Source of the DNA: an uncultured SAR86 cluster bacterium
GTDB taxonomy: Bacteria; Pseudomonadota; Gammaproteobacteria; Magnimaribacterales; AG-339-G14
DNA: 64,000 nt
Assembly: GCA_902514645.1 (NCBI GenBank)
Contig: CABXRO010000002.1
Span: 11,530-75,529, forward strand
Reading direction: 5' to 3'
Shown here: positions 38,476 through 48,884 of the stretch, piece after piece
How positions within the stretch are numbered: the first letter of the stretch is position 1
Layout of the letters: the number at the start of each line of letters is the position of its first letter
Translations under genes and position numbers: made by a program
Notes under the pieces: model-generated
The model's database searches: none
The model's input: only the letters and a program-made list of their open reading frames with translations
Told to the model about the DNA's origin: nothing

Positions 38476-39354
38476 ATGTTAATAGGTAAAAATCCTCTCA
38501 ACGAGTCTCCAGAATGGTTTGTAAAAAATATTACAAAGCGTCCAGAAGAATGCTCTGTTTCAGTTAATGGTAGCAAGATCAAATACTATATTTGGGGAGA
38601 TATATCTAAAAAACCTCTTTTACTTCTCCACGGATATAATGCTCATTCATTTTGGTGGGATCATATTGCTCCTTCATTAACAAATAACCATTGCGTAGTT
38701 GCTTTAGATTTTTCTGGAATGGGAGAGAGTGACCGAAGGGAAGAATACTCTCAAGAAATATTTGTCGACGATGTAAAGGGTGTAATGAATGACCTCTCTT
38801 GGAACTCTTGCACCTGTATTGCACACAGCATGGGAGGTTCAATAGCAACTTTAGCAACTTTTATTTATCCAAAAATTTTTGATCATTTAATATTATTGGA
38901 TTCAATGGTTGTAATACCACCAAATGTTGCAGAGAGAATGGCTTCCAATAGACCCTCAGCCCGTATGGTCGTTGCAAGTCCTGATATAGAAACAGCTATA
39001 GCAAGGTTTAGACTCACACCATCTCAACCTTGCAAAGATTATGTCTTGAGACATATTGCAGAAACATCTTATTCAGAGAAATCTGACGGATGGTTTTTAA
39101 AATCTGATCCATTAATTCCGAATACCTATAAATATAATGATCTTCATGAAGCATTTACAAAATTAGATTGTCCTCTTGACTACGTATATGGACAAGCAAG
39201 CCAGCTTGTTACCCAAGAAGTTTTGGAATATATGACTTACGTTGGAAATCTTGATGAAAAAATAATTCATTCTTTACCGGGAGCTATGCATCATCTTTTT
39301 CTTGATATGCCCGAAGAATTTATTTCCTTAATAAATAAATTACTTGCTAAATGA
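38476..39354 (+). CDS. Alpha/beta-fold serine hydrolase (no signal peptide)
   Basis: HGYNAHSFWW oxyanion region and AHSMGG nucleophile elbow. Its ATG starts on the nucleotide after the gspN stop. Confidence 0.8.
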   Translation: MLIGKNPLNESPEWFVKNITKRPEECSVSVNGSKIKYYIWGDISKKPLLLLHGYNAHSFWWDHIAPSLTNNHCVVALDFSGMGESDRREEYSQEIFVDDVKGVMNDLSWNSCTCIAHSMGGSIATLATFIYPKIFDHLILLDSMVVIPPNVAERMASNRPSARMVVASPDIETAIARFRLTPSQPCKDYVLRHIAETSYSEKSDGWFLKSDPLIPNTYKYNDLHEAFTKLDCPLDYVYGQASQLVTQEVLEYMTYVGNLDEKIIHSLPGAMHHLFLDMPEEFISLINKLLAK

Positions 39355-40571
39355 CCAAATTATCCATAGATGGTTTTTGTGATTCAGAATTTTCTGAATT
39401 AGAAGCGATTTTCGAAAAAGCTATTAAATCGGGGTTTGATGATGGAGCTGGATTTTCTCTTGAAGTAGATGGAAAAGAAGTTCTCAATCTTTGGGGTGGT
39501 TATTCTGATAAAGATCGAAAAAAAGTGTGGCAAGAAAATACTCTGGTAAATGTCTTTTCCGTAACAAAAGCAATGACCTCAACGTGTGCCTTGCAATTAA
39601 TTGAATCGGGTAAATTAGATCCAAATTCTTTGGTAGCAGAATATTGGCCTGAATATGCTTGCGAAGGTAAGGAAAATACTAGAGTAATAGACTTCCTCAC
39701 TCATAGAGCAGGAATGTTTGGCTTTCAAACTCCTCTTCCTCAAGACTCTTGGGAGAATTGGAATTTAATAGTAGAGAAACTTGCAGCTCAAAAGCCAATT
39801 AGAAAACCAGGTTCAACTCAGGGTTACCATGCTGTTACATTTGGTTATCTAGTCGGCGAATTGGTTCGCAGGATTGACGGTAGATCTTTAGGAACCTATT
39901 TCAAAGAAGAAATTGCGCAAAAATTCAATATTGATTTTTTAATTGGTTTAGATGATCAAGAAATAAGTAGATGTGCAGACTTACTTTTACTATCTGGAAA
40001 GCCCAATCCTTTAATCCAATTTGTTTTATCTTTGCCTAATTGGTTGCTTCCGGCACAGCTAAAAATCGTTAAAGAAACTTTAAATAGTGAAGAATACGCT
40101 AAAGCTTTTTTAGAGATAATGGAAGTAGACGAAAACGATACTATGCCCACCGATTATCCTAATTCTGATTCTTGGCGAAGAGCTGAAATTCCTGCAGCAA
40201 ATGGTCATGGTACTGCATCAGGAATAGCAAAATTTTTTGGTATTTTGGCTTCTGGAGGATCTCGAGACGGAAAAATTATGCTCCAACCCGATACAATTAA
40301 AGAAGCAACAACAGTAAAAACAATGGGTCCTGACGTTGTTCTTTTCCAAGCACCCTATAAATTTGGACTGGGTTACCAAATAGACGCTCCCTTTTCTCCA
40401 ATTGGAATGAAGGACGGGATGTTTGGACATACAGGAATTGCTGGGGCAACAGGATTTGCCGATTTAAATCATAAGATTGGATTTGGATTTACCAACAACA
40501 GACAACATTCTCTGGGCAAGCTATATAGAACTTCTAACAATTTAGCAAAAAAACTATACGAAATTCTCTAA
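39351..40571 (+). CDS. Serine hydrolase, class-C beta-lactamase/esterase (EstB-like) family
   Basis: SVTKAMTS (S-x-x-K) and YHAVTFGY (Tyr loop). It overlaps the upstream gene by 4 nt and has no signal peptide. Confidence 0.8.
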   Translation: MTKLSIDGFCDSEFSELEAIFEKAIKSGFDDGAGFSLEVDGKEVLNLWGGYSDKDRKKVWQENTLVNVFSVTKAMTSTCALQLIESGKLDPNSLVAEYWPEYACEGKENTRVIDFLTHRAGMFGFQTPLPQDSWENWNLIVEKLAAQKPIRKPGSTQGYHAVTFGYLVGELVRRIDGRSLGTYFKEEIAQKFNIDFLIGLDDQEISRCADLLLLSGKPNPLIQFVLSLPNWLLPAQLKIVKETLNSEEYAKAFLEIMEVDENDTMPTDYPNSDSWRRAEIPAANGHGTASGIAKFFGILASGGSRDGKIMLQPDTIKEATTVKTMGPDVVLFQAPYKFGLGYQIDAPFSPIGMKDGMFGHTGIAGATGFADLNHKIGFGFTNNRQHSLGKLYRTSNNLAKKLYEIL

Positions 40572-40581
40572 TCTTGGCTAA

Positions 40582-41343
40582 ATGATTATTGAACCATATT
40601 TCTATTTAATAGCGACTGTCTCGGTATTTCTTCACGGAATGGGTAAGGGTGGTTTTATTGGGGCTGGTTCATTTGGATCTTTGCTTGCAATTCCAATGCT
40701 TTCAATTTTTATACCACCGTTTCAAGCGGTTGCAATTCTTTTGTTACCCTTAATTTTCATGGATTTAGTAACTGTTTGGAGATACCGAAACATGTGGGAT
40801 GTAAAAATTCTAAAATTCATTGTGCCTTTAGCTTTTGTTGGAATCATCTTAGGTACTTTGTCTTTCAGATATCTTTCAGAAGATAGCGTAAGAGTAATCA
40901 TTGGCATGATGGCAGTTATATTCTGTCTTGATTACTACTTTAGAGAAAACTCTTCTGCACCATCAAAACCATCTAAATGGGGATCCTACTTCTGGCCATC
41001 ATTGTCTGGTTTTACGAGTTTTTCAATTCACGCAGGCGGTATTCCTTTGAGTTTTTATCTCTTACCAATGCGCCTAGATAGAAGAATTTATGTTGCCACA
41101 GCGGGTCTATTTTATTTATTGATTAACTTATTCAAGATTTTTCCCTATGCTTATTTAGGTCAGATGAATTTTCAAAATATTTATACTTCTTTATTACTTT
41201 TGCCCCTTGCTCCCTTGGGTGTTTTTGCTGGAGCATACTTAGTTGATAAAATTAACCAAGATTGGTTTTACCGCATTGGCTATTTTTGTACGCTTATCGC
41301 TGGATTGAAGTTGGTTTATGATGGTGTACAAGGATATATGTGA
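40582..41343 (+). CDS. TauE/SafE-family (sulfite/organosulfonate exporter-like) membrane protein
   Basis: 253 aa, polytopic. Gly-rich N-terminal helix (GMGKGGFIGAGSFGSLLAIP) and internal two-fold repeat topology typical of TauE/SafE. Confidence 0.65.
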   Translation: MIIEPYFYLIATVSVFLHGMGKGGFIGAGSFGSLLAIPMLSIFIPPFQAVAILLLPLIFMDLVTVWRYRNMWDVKILKFIVPLAFVGIILGTLSFRYLSEDSVRVIIGMMAVIFCLDYYFRENSSAPSKPSKWGSYFWPSLSGFTSFSIHAGGIPLSFYLLPMRLDRRIYVATAGLFYLLINLFKIFPYAYLGQMNFQNIYTSLLLLPLAPLGVFAGAYLVDKINQDWFYRIGYFCTLIAGLKLVYDGVQGYM

Positions 41344-42083
41344 TGACAAAATTAAGCGTAAACATTAATAAAATTGCATTGATTAGAAATTCTAGAAAAG
41401 GGAATAATCCTTCTTTAGAGTTTTTTTCAAGAAAAATTATTGAAGCAGGTGCTTACGGAATTACGGTCCACCCTAGGCCTGATCAAAGACATATCAGAGC
41501 TGATGACCTATCTGACTTAGTTGAAATTACAAAAGAACTCGAGGTTGAATTTAATGTGGAAGGAAATCCATATGAGGATCGTCTTGGAGAATATCCTGGT
41601 TTCTTAAATTTAATTGAATCTGTAAAACCATCTCAATGCACATTAGTCCCCGATGATAGCAATCAACTTACATCAGACCATGGCTGGAATATAAATTCTG
41701 AGCATAAGAAACTTGTTGAAGTTCTGGATTATCTTAAGATCAATAAAATTCGAAGTAGTATTTTTATAGATCCAGATAAATCCCAACTAGATGCAGCTAA
41801 AGATATTGGAGTTGATCGAGTAGAGATTTACACAGGTCCTTTTGCTGAAGCCTTTAAAAAAAATGATGAAAATATATTGAATACTTATAAAGATGCCATT
41901 GAATATGCAAATAATATAGGACTTGAGGTTAACGCAGGTCATGACTTGAATTTAGAAAATTTGTCTACATTGTTATCTTATGGCGATATTAAAGAGGTAT
42001 CTATTGGCCACGCTCTAATAATAGAATCATTAATTTATGGAATAGAGAATACAGTCCAGAAATATATTAAAATAACAGCATGA
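41340..42083 (+). CDS. pdxJ: Pyridoxine 5'-phosphate synthase
   Basis: LSVNINKIALIRNSR, GITVHPRPDQRHI, NVEGNP and VSIGHALI are colinear with PdxJ. Confidence 0.9.
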   Translation: MMTKLSVNINKIALIRNSRKGNNPSLEFFSRKIIEAGAYGITVHPRPDQRHIRADDLSDLVEITKELEVEFNVEGNPYEDRLGEYPGFLNLIESVKPSQCTLVPDDSNQLTSDHGWNINSEHKKLVEVLDYLKINKIRSSIFIDPDKSQLDAAKDIGVDRVEIYTGPFAEAFKKNDENILNTYKDAIEYANNIGLEVNAGHDLNLENLSTLLSYGDIKEVSIGHALIIESLIYGIENTVQKYIKITA

Positions 42084-42394
42084 CTACAGAAGAAAAAATT
42101 AAATCTCAACTAGAAGATAATTCAATACTTTTATATATGAAAGGTTCCCCAGAACAACCGCAATGTGGTTTCTCTCAAAGAGCTACACAAGTTCTAATGG
42201 CTTGCGGAAAAGAATTCTCTTTTGTGGACATCTTATCTAATCCTGAGATTCGTGAAACATTACCTACAGTATCTAATTGGCCTACTTTTCCTCAGTTATT
42301 CATCAAGGGAGAGTTAATTGGTGGAAGTGATATTATGTTTGAGATGTATCAGTCAGGAGAATTGCAAGAGTTGATTGACTCAGTAGAAAGTTAA
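42080..42394 (+). CDS. grxD: Monothiol glutaredoxin (Grx4 family)
   Basis: MKGSPEQPQCGFS (CGFS active site), WPTFPQLFI and GGSDI. Confidence 0.9.
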   Translation: MTTEEKIKSQLEDNSILLYMKGSPEQPQCGFSQRATQVLMACGKEFSFVDILSNPEIRETLPTVSNWPTFPQLFIKGELIGGSDIMFEMYQSGELQELIDSVES

Positions 42395-42434
42395 ATATTC
42401 TTAACTCTAATTGTTTTTATCTGTCTAATAAGTT

Positions 42435-43613
42435 ATGAAAAAAGTTGTTTTAGCCTATTCTGGAGGTCTTGATACTTCAGTCATTCTTAAGTGGCTTCAA
42501 GAAGAAAAAAATCTTGATGTAATAACTTATACAGCAGATTTAGGCCAAGACGATATATCAGATGATCTAGAAGAAAAAGCAAAAAGTTTAGGCGCATCCA
42601 AAGTAATTGTCGACGATCTCACAGAAGAATTTATTTCTGATTATGTTTTTCCAATGTTTCGATGCAATACCATCTTTGAAGGCGAATACCTTTTGGGTAC
42701 AGCCATAGCTAGACCGCTTATCGCCAAGAAACTCGTCGAAATAGGAGAGTCTGAAGGAACAAATATCATCTGTCATGGTGCAACAGGAAAAGGTAACGAT
42801 CAGATAAGATTTGAAATTGGGGCGCACGCTTTAAATCCTTCCATCGAAGTTATTGCACCATGGAGAGAGTGGGATATGGTTTCAAGAACAGATTTAATGA
42901 ATTATTGTAAAACTCACCAGATCCCTATGCCTGCCTCCAAAGCAGAAGAACCACCATTTTCTATGGACGAAAATTTATTACATATTTCTTATGAAGGAGG
43001 AGTATTAGAAGACCTAAATAGTCCACCACCAGAAGACATGTGGCTAAACACTAAATCTTTGGAAAATGCCTCAGAATCTCTCGAAAAAATAACTCTAGAA
43101 TTTTCTGAAGGTAATCCAATTGCATTGAATGAAAAGGAATTGTCTCCAGCTAAAATATTTAGAGAACTTAATTCTCTTGGCGGAAAGCATGGAATTGGAA
43201 GGATTGATATCGTTGAATCCAGAGTAACAGGTATGAAATCTAGAGGTTGTTATGAAACTCCGGGGGGAACCATTTTGCTGAAAGCAAGAAGAGCTATGGA
43301 ATCCCTATGTTTATCTGGAGAAGAGATTAAAAATAAAGACAAATTAATTCCTGACTATGCTGCTTTAATTTATGAGGGCTTATGGTGGAGCAATAAAAGA
43401 GTTAGTTTGCAAAGTGAGATTGATTCTGTATCAAAAAGAGTTAACGGTAAGGTTTCTCTAAAACTTTACAAAGGAAACATCGTTTCAAATTCTAAAGAAA
43501 GTCCTAATTCCTTGTATAACGAAAACAAAGTAAGTTTCGAAGAAGAGGGTGGATTCTCAAATGAAGACATGAAGTCCCATATCAGGAAGAATATTTTAGA
43601 TTTCGATGTTTAA
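42435..43613 (+). CDS. argG: Argininosuccinate synthase
   Basis: AYSGGLDTS P-loop, HGATGKGNDQIRFE and GRIDIVESRVTGMKSRGCYETPGG. Confidence 0.95.
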   Translation: MKKVVLAYSGGLDTSVILKWLQEEKNLDVITYTADLGQDDISDDLEEKAKSLGASKVIVDDLTEEFISDYVFPMFRCNTIFEGEYLLGTAIARPLIAKKLVEIGESEGTNIICHGATGKGNDQIRFEIGAHALNPSIEVIAPWREWDMVSRTDLMNYCKTHQIPMPASKAEEPPFSMDENLLHISYEGGVLEDLNSPPPEDMWLNTKSLENASESLEKITLEFSEGNPIALNEKELSPAKIFRELNSLGGKHGIGRIDIVESRVTGMKSRGCYETPGGTILLKARRAMESLCLSGEEIKNKDKLIPDYAALIYEGLWWSNKRVSLQSEIDSVSKRVNGKVSLKLYKGNIVSNSKESPNSLYNENKVSFEEEGGFSNEDMKSHIRKNILDFDV

Positions 43614-44506
43614 TCTGACTCTAAAGAGATTTTTTCAATATCTTTAATTTTTCTAGCCATATTGATTATGGTTTTTCCTGGACCTGAATCAATCAACAAA
43701 GAAAGATTATTGTTTAAAAGATAATCTAAAGTTTCTCTCCATCTTACCGTGCGAGTTAATTGATTTATTAGAGAATCTTTTATAACTTCAACATCAGAGG
43801 TTGGTGCCGCAAGAACATTTGGAATTACTGGAATAGAAGGAACTTTAAATTCTATTTCATTTAGCAATATAGCCAACTCTTTTTGAGCCTCATTAAGTAA
43901 ATAGCAGTGTGAAGGAACAGACATTTGAACCATTTGAGTTTTAACTCTTCTGAATTCACCATCAGCAATATAGTTTTTACATGCTTCAATTGCAGAGTTT
44001 TTTCCAGCCAATACTGAAACACCATCAGCGTTATCAGTTGAAAAGTTTATAGTTTCATCTGATTCATTTATGTCGTCTATCATTTTATAAACATCTTTGA
44101 TCGGCATATTTAATACAACAAGCATTCCAGCTGTACCTTCCGGAACCGCTTTTTGCATCAATTTTCCACGATAATTAACCAACTTAATTGCATCTGATAA
44201 TTCCAAACAATTTGAATAAACCAAGGCTGAATATTCACCTAATGACAAACCTGCTGTGATATCAATATTGGAAAGTTTCTTAGAATATTTAGCTAATAAG
44301 ACACTAGTAACTAGAATTGTTGGTTGTGAAAATTCAGTGAGATTTATTTTTTCTTCTGGCCCATTTCGAAGTAGATTTTCTAGATCAAAATCTAGGGATT
44401 TAGAAACATTGTCAATAGTAGATTTAACCTCAGAGAATTCTGCATAAAGTGAATCCAGCATGCCTATTTTTTGGACCCCTTGCCCAGGAAATAATAATGC
44501 CTTCAT
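43610..44506 (-). CDS. fabD: Malonyl-CoA:ACP transacylase
   Basis: FPGQGVQ, GLSLGEYSAL (nucleophile Ser; the usual preceding His is Leu here), YRGKLMQ and SVPSHC. Confidence 0.85.
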   Translation of the reverse strand: MKALLFPGQGVQKIGMLDSLYAEFSEVKSTIDNVSKSLDFDLENLLRNGPEEKINLTEFSQPTILVTSVLLAKYSKKLSNIDITAGLSLGEYSALVYSNCLELSDAIKLVNYRGKLMQKAVPEGTAGMLVVLNMPIKDVYKMIDDINESDETINFSTDNADGVSVLAGKNSAIEACKNYIADGEFRRVKTQMVQMSVPSHCYLLNEAQKELAILLNEIEFKVPSIPVIPNVLAAPTSDVEVIKDSLINQLTRTVRWRETLDYLLNNNLSLLIDSGPGKTIINMARKIKDIEKISLESD

Positions 44507-45999
44507 AAGTTAAGTGAAAATTCTTTTTCTAGGGATTCAATCATATTTGAAAGATAAGAGATATCTTTTACTCCACCATAGGTGTATCTATCTGGCCTAA
44601 CTAAAACTGCTTCATATTTTTCAAAGACAGATTTTAATCTTTCTTCAGAGTCATCATTAGAAGTAACTGTAATAATTTTAATACCTAATAATTCAATAAT
44701 AGTTTTTGCTTTTTCAGTTAAATTCAAATCTGATTCCAGAGTTAAAACTGCAAAAGTCTCATCAATTATCCTATCTAGCATTTCTTTTTTATTGTTTTTT
44801 GTAAGTATGGGCTGCGGTATAGGAACCCCAGTTATCATATCTGCAGGGTCACTATAAATACCTGATGGAATATGAGGAAAATTTACGTCATAACTTGGAC
44901 CTTTTGGTTCATACTCTTTGCCTTCTGCAGCAGCGCAAAATCCTTCAATAACTTGTCCGATAGTAACTGTTTGTGCAATCGTCCACTTGGCATGAGAATG
45001 TCTTTCTCTTTGATAGGTATCTAGTATTCCTTCATTGACTTTATTTTTAAGTAAGAGATCTAGTTTCCATGAAATATTTGTTACATCTCTGATACCAGTT
45101 CCCATTCCTGCTCCCATAAATGGCGGCATTTGGTGTGCTGCATCACCAGCAATTAAGACATTCCCTTTTCGCCAAGTCTCAGCTATGCAAGCATGAAAAG
45201 AATAAACCTGAGCTCTTTCTAATTCTGCATTATCTTCATTTATCCATGGTTTTAAAAGTTTCCAGACATTCTCGTCTTTTTCTAATTCATTTGAATCTTC
45301 GCTAGGCATTTTTTTAAATTCAAATCTAAGGTGTCCACGTCTACCTGGTACATAAGTACCTGGTCTTTTTGGATCGCAAATCTGCATAGCTTCTTTTTCC
45401 GGGATATTAACCTTTTTGGTTAAATGTGCATCACAAACCAGCCATTCTTGATTGTATTCAAAATCTTCTAGGCCAACATCTAATTGTCTTCTAACAAAGC
45501 TACTAGCACCATCACATCCAACAAAAAATTTTGAAAAAAATTTCAAATCTCCATCAGAGTTTTTACAGTTTAAATAAACCCCCTCATCGCAATCTTCAAA
45601 ACTTAATAATTCAGTTCCCTCTTTGATGACAATATTTTCTTCAGATTCTACTGAAGTCCTTATGAATCCTTCAAGCTCAGGCTGATAAAACAAAACTTGA
45701 TTTGGCCAGCCCATTGCAGACACACCAACTGGTTGCTCAATAGTTTGAATGGGATTTAAATTTGCATCAGCAAAATGAACGCAATGAACTTCAGAAGAAT
45801 TTTTAACAATTTTCTCTGCAATACCCAGCCTGTCAAATGTTCTAAGTTGTTCTCCGTCTGTATTGATAGCTCTTGCTGTTGGCGAAGGCCCAACATTTTT
45901 TTCAATAACTAAAACTTTATGGCCTAGCTTGCCCATTAGACCTGCAAAAGTAGAACCTACTGGTCCATAACCACAAACTGCAATATCAAAGTGTTCCAT
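44503..45999 (-). CDS. FAD-dependent aromatic-ring monooxygenase (MhpA/PheA-type hydroxylase)
   Basis: VCGYGPVGSTFAGLMGKLGHKVLVIEK (GxGxxG), CDGASSFVR and GDAAHQMPPFMGAGMGTGIRD. Confidence 0.85.
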   Translation of the reverse strand: MEHFDIAVCGYGPVGSTFAGLMGKLGHKVLVIEKNVGPSPTARAINTDGEQLRTFDRLGIAEKIVKNSSEVHCVHFADANLNPIQTIEQPVGVSAMGWPNQVLFYQPELEGFIRTSVESEENIVIKEGTELLSFEDCDEGVYLNCKNSDGDLKFFSKFFVGCDGASSFVRRQLDVGLEDFEYNQEWLVCDAHLTKKVNIPEKEAMQICDPKRPGTYVPGRRGHLRFEFKKMPSEDSNELEKDENVWKLLKPWINEDNAELERAQVYSFHACIAETWRKGNVLIAGDAAHQMPPFMGAGMGTGIRDVTNISWKLDLLLKNKVNEGILDTYQRERHSHAKWTIAQTVTIGQVIEGFCAAAEGKEYEPKGPSYDVNFPHIPSGIYSDPADMITGVPIPQPILTKNNKKEMLDRIIDETFAVLTLESDLNLTEKAKTIIELLGIKIITVTSNDDSEERLKSVFEKYEAVLVRPDRYTYGGVKDISYLSNMIESLEKEFSLNL

Positions 46000-46060
46000 A
46001 AATGAGCATTTAGATTAAAAAAATTTATTATAATGGTTTTTAATAATTTAGGAGAGAGCC

Positions 46061-47083
46061 TTGAAACCTATTATAAAAGCAATTGACGTGCAGTACTGTA
46101 CTTTGCAATGTCCTGATCTAGACATTCAAGAACAATTTCTAATTCACTTTGGAATGCATACAGTTGAAAAAAATGAAGATACACTGATTATGCGTGGGGA
46201 AGGGCCAAAACCTTTCATTGAAATTTGTAAAAAAGGGGAGAGAAAATTTTTGGGATCTGCCTTTTTAGCAGCTTCAATGGATGATTTAGAAAAAATTAGT
46301 AAGTCCGATGCCTTCTCAGAGATAGAAAAATTATCTACTCCTGGAGGTGGTTTTGTTTCAAAAGGTATTGATCCTGATGGAATAAATATTGAAGTAGTCT
46401 TTGGAATAGATGACAGGGCAGATTTTAAAGAAATAAACCCTTACCCTAATAACGAAGGAACGAATTCAAATAGAGTAAACGAACTTAAAAGATATGAAAA
46501 AGGAAAATATCCAAGAATCTTAAGATTTGCTCATTATGGTATTAATGTTAAAGATGTTGCTGCCTCTTTGGGTTGGTACAACAAACATCTTGGAATTATT
46601 CCTAGCGACAAACTTTGGTTAGGCGAGCCAAATAATCCTGAAACTCCTTTAAACGGAATTTTTGCTAGATTGGATAAAGGCAAAATTCCGACAGATCATC
46701 ATTCTATATTTTTCTTAGATGCAAATATGATCTCACAGGGTAAATCAGGTCTTAATCATGTGTCTTTTGAAATGCTTAGTATTGATGATGTTTTCAGAGG
46801 ACACGAAATACTCCAAAAAACAAAAGAGCAGTTTGATTACGAACTTGAGTGGGGCGTCGGGAGACATTATCAAGGGAGTCAAGTTTTTGATTACTGGAGA
46901 AATCCATTTAAACAAACCCATGAACATCAGACTGATGGTGATGTCTTGGACAATACCGTTCCACATAATGATTTAGACCTGACAAAAGGTGAAGGTGGGG
47001 GTTTACCGGAAGATGGACCAGGCCCTTCTCAATGGGGACCATCTATCAACTTTACTACCTTTGGAGATGAAAGAGGCCTTTAA
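46061..47083 (+). CDS. Two-domain VOC-fold protein, extradiol ring-cleavage dioxygenase-like
   Basis: 340 aa. The second module has candidate metal ligands FAHYGINV, LNHVSFE and HEHQTDGD. TTG start preceded by GGAGAG. Confidence 0.65.
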   Translation: MKPIIKAIDVQYCTLQCPDLDIQEQFLIHFGMHTVEKNEDTLIMRGEGPKPFIEICKKGERKFLGSAFLAASMDDLEKISKSDAFSEIEKLSTPGGGFVSKGIDPDGINIEVVFGIDDRADFKEINPYPNNEGTNSNRVNELKRYEKGKYPRILRFAHYGINVKDVAASLGWYNKHLGIIPSDKLWLGEPNNPETPLNGIFARLDKGKIPTDHHSIFFLDANMISQGKSGLNHVSFEMLSIDDVFRGHEILQKTKEQFDYELEWGVGRHYQGSQVFDYWRNPFKQTHEHQTDGDVLDNTVPHNDLDLTKGEGGGLPEDGPGPSQWGPSINFTTFGDERGL

Positions 47084-47860
47084 TTGGATCTAAAAATAAA
47101 AGGAAAGAAAGCAATTATTTGTGCTTCTAGTAGAGGTTTAGCAAAAGGTTGCGCAAATTCCCTTGGTCAAGAGGGAGTAGAGCTATTTATAAACGGAACA
47201 GATAAAGAGAATTTAAGTAAAACTGAAAAAGAATTCTTAAAAAAAGGTTATAAAGTTCAAGCAGTTCTTGGTCCAATCGAAGAAGAATCCACAAGAAAGG
47301 CATTACTATCTGTATGTCCAGATCCTGACATTTTAATAAATAATAGTGGAGGGCCGCCCCCAGGAAATTTTTATGATTGGACAGAAGAAGATTTTTTATC
47401 TGCAATTAAATCAAACTTCACTCAATCAGCTTTACTTATGCAATCAGTTATTCCTTCTATGAAAGAAAAAAATTTTGGAAGAATAATAAACATTACTTCA
47501 GCAATGGTAAAAAATCCTCATTTAATTATGGGTCTTTCTACATCTGCAAGGTCTGGGCTGCATGGTTTGTCTAAAGCTTTATCGAGAGAGGTAGCTCAAT
47601 TTAATATCACTATCAATAACGTCTTACCGGAGAGAATAGATACCGACAGACAGACTCAAATTTTAAACTTTCAAGCAAAAGTTGCAGACATTTCCTATGA
47701 GGAAGCAAGAAAAGCGCTTGAAGAAAATTTAACTGCTAAGAGAATGGGAACAGTAGAGGAATTTGCAGGAATTTGTACTTTTCTTTGTTCAGAACAGGCC
47801 GGATATATTTCTGGACAAAATATATCTGTAGATGGCGGAAATTCTACTAACCTTATTTAA
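47084..47860 (+). CDS. SDR-family oxidoreductase
   Basis: ICASSRGLAKG, NNSGGPPPG, STSARSGLHGLSKAL and a C-terminal GQNISVDGG. TTG start after AGAGG. Confidence 0.8.
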   Translation: MDLKIKGKKAIICASSRGLAKGCANSLGQEGVELFINGTDKENLSKTEKEFLKKGYKVQAVLGPIEEESTRKALLSVCPDPDILINNSGGPPPGNFYDWTEEDFLSAIKSNFTQSALLMQSVIPSMKEKNFGRIINITSAMVKNPHLIMGLSTSARSGLHGLSKALSREVAQFNITINNVLPERIDTDRQTQILNFQAKVADISYEEARKALEENLTAKRMGTVEEFAGICTFLCSEQAGYISGQNISVDGGNSTNLI

Positions 47861-48884
47861 CGCCTAATTTTTCTTGCAGACCTTTATTTGAGGTGGTGTA
47901 ACCAAATGGTACTCTCTCGCCAGGATTGATTCTTCTATAAGCTTCTTGAACTGCAATAGTAGTTTCATGAAAGCCACACAAGATTAAATCAAGCTTTCCA
48001 GGATAGTAATTTATATCTCCAACAGCAAAAATACCGTCTTGATTGGTTTGATAGTTTTCAGTATCTACAGCAATCTTTTTTCCTTCTAAATCTATTTCCC
48101 AGTCTAAGATGGGACCAAGTTGTTTATTTAAACCAAAAAAGAACAAAGCCTCATCACATTCTAAAAGCTCATCTTCTTTTGTTTCAAAATTCATGAGTTC
48201 AACACCTTCAAAAGATGATTCTCCTTTTATGGATTTGATAACAAAAGGTATTTTCAGATCAATTTTTCCATCTTTAACTAACTCTCTCATTTGTTTTTCA
48301 GTATGTTCAGCTCCTCTAAAATCATCTCTTCTATGCACTAGGTAAATTTTCTTTGCAATCTTAGATAATTCAACTGACCAATCTAGAGCACTATCTCCAC
48401 CTCCAAAAATTACGATTTCTTTATCTTGGTATTTATCTTTTTCTTTAATTGAATAGTCAACGCCTTTTGATAAAAACTTATCAGGATCTTCAACTGGTGG
48501 CTTCCTAGGTTCAAAGGCACCGGCTCCAGCTGCGATGAAAACATTTTTTGTTTTAAATTCCGTATTTTCGTTAGTAACAACTTTCCAAAAATTGTCAGGA
48601 AGCTTTTCTAAAATATCTACTCTTTGATTAAGATGGGTTTCATAGGAAAAAGGCTTAATTTGTTCTAATAAAGCGTCAATGTGTTCCTTTCCTGTCTGGT
48701 TTGCAACTCCTGGGATATCATAAATTGGTTTTTCTGGATAAAGCTCTATACATTGTCCGCCGACTTTATCCAAATTATCAATCAAATGACAATTCAAACC
48801 CAAAAGGCCAGCTTCAAACACTGTAAACAATCCTACTGGACCTGCACCTATAATTACTATATCTGTTTCAATTATTTTTGACAT
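47853..48884 (-). CDS. Thioredoxin-reductase-like ferredoxin-NADP(+) reductase (type 2 FNR)
   Basis: IIGAGPVGLF, GGGDSALDW and AVGDINYYPGK. It lacks a TrxR CxxC. 343 aa. Confidence 0.8.
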   Translation of the reverse strand: MSKIIETDIVIIGAGPVGLFTVFEAGLLGLNCHLIDNLDKVGGQCIELYPEKPIYDIPGVANQTGKEHIDALLEQIKPFSYETHLNQRVDILEKLPDNFWKVVTNENTEFKTKNVFIAAGAGAFEPRKPPVEDPDKFLSKGVDYSIKEKDKYQDKEIVIFGGGDSALDWSVELSKIAKKIYLVHRRDDFRGAEHTEKQMRELVKDGKIDLKIPFVIKSIKGESSFEGVELMNFETKEDELLECDEALFFFGLNKQLGPILDWEIDLEGKKIAVDTENYQTNQDGIFAVGDINYYPGKLDLILCGFHETTIAVQEAYRRINPGERVPFGYTTSNKGLQEKLGVK

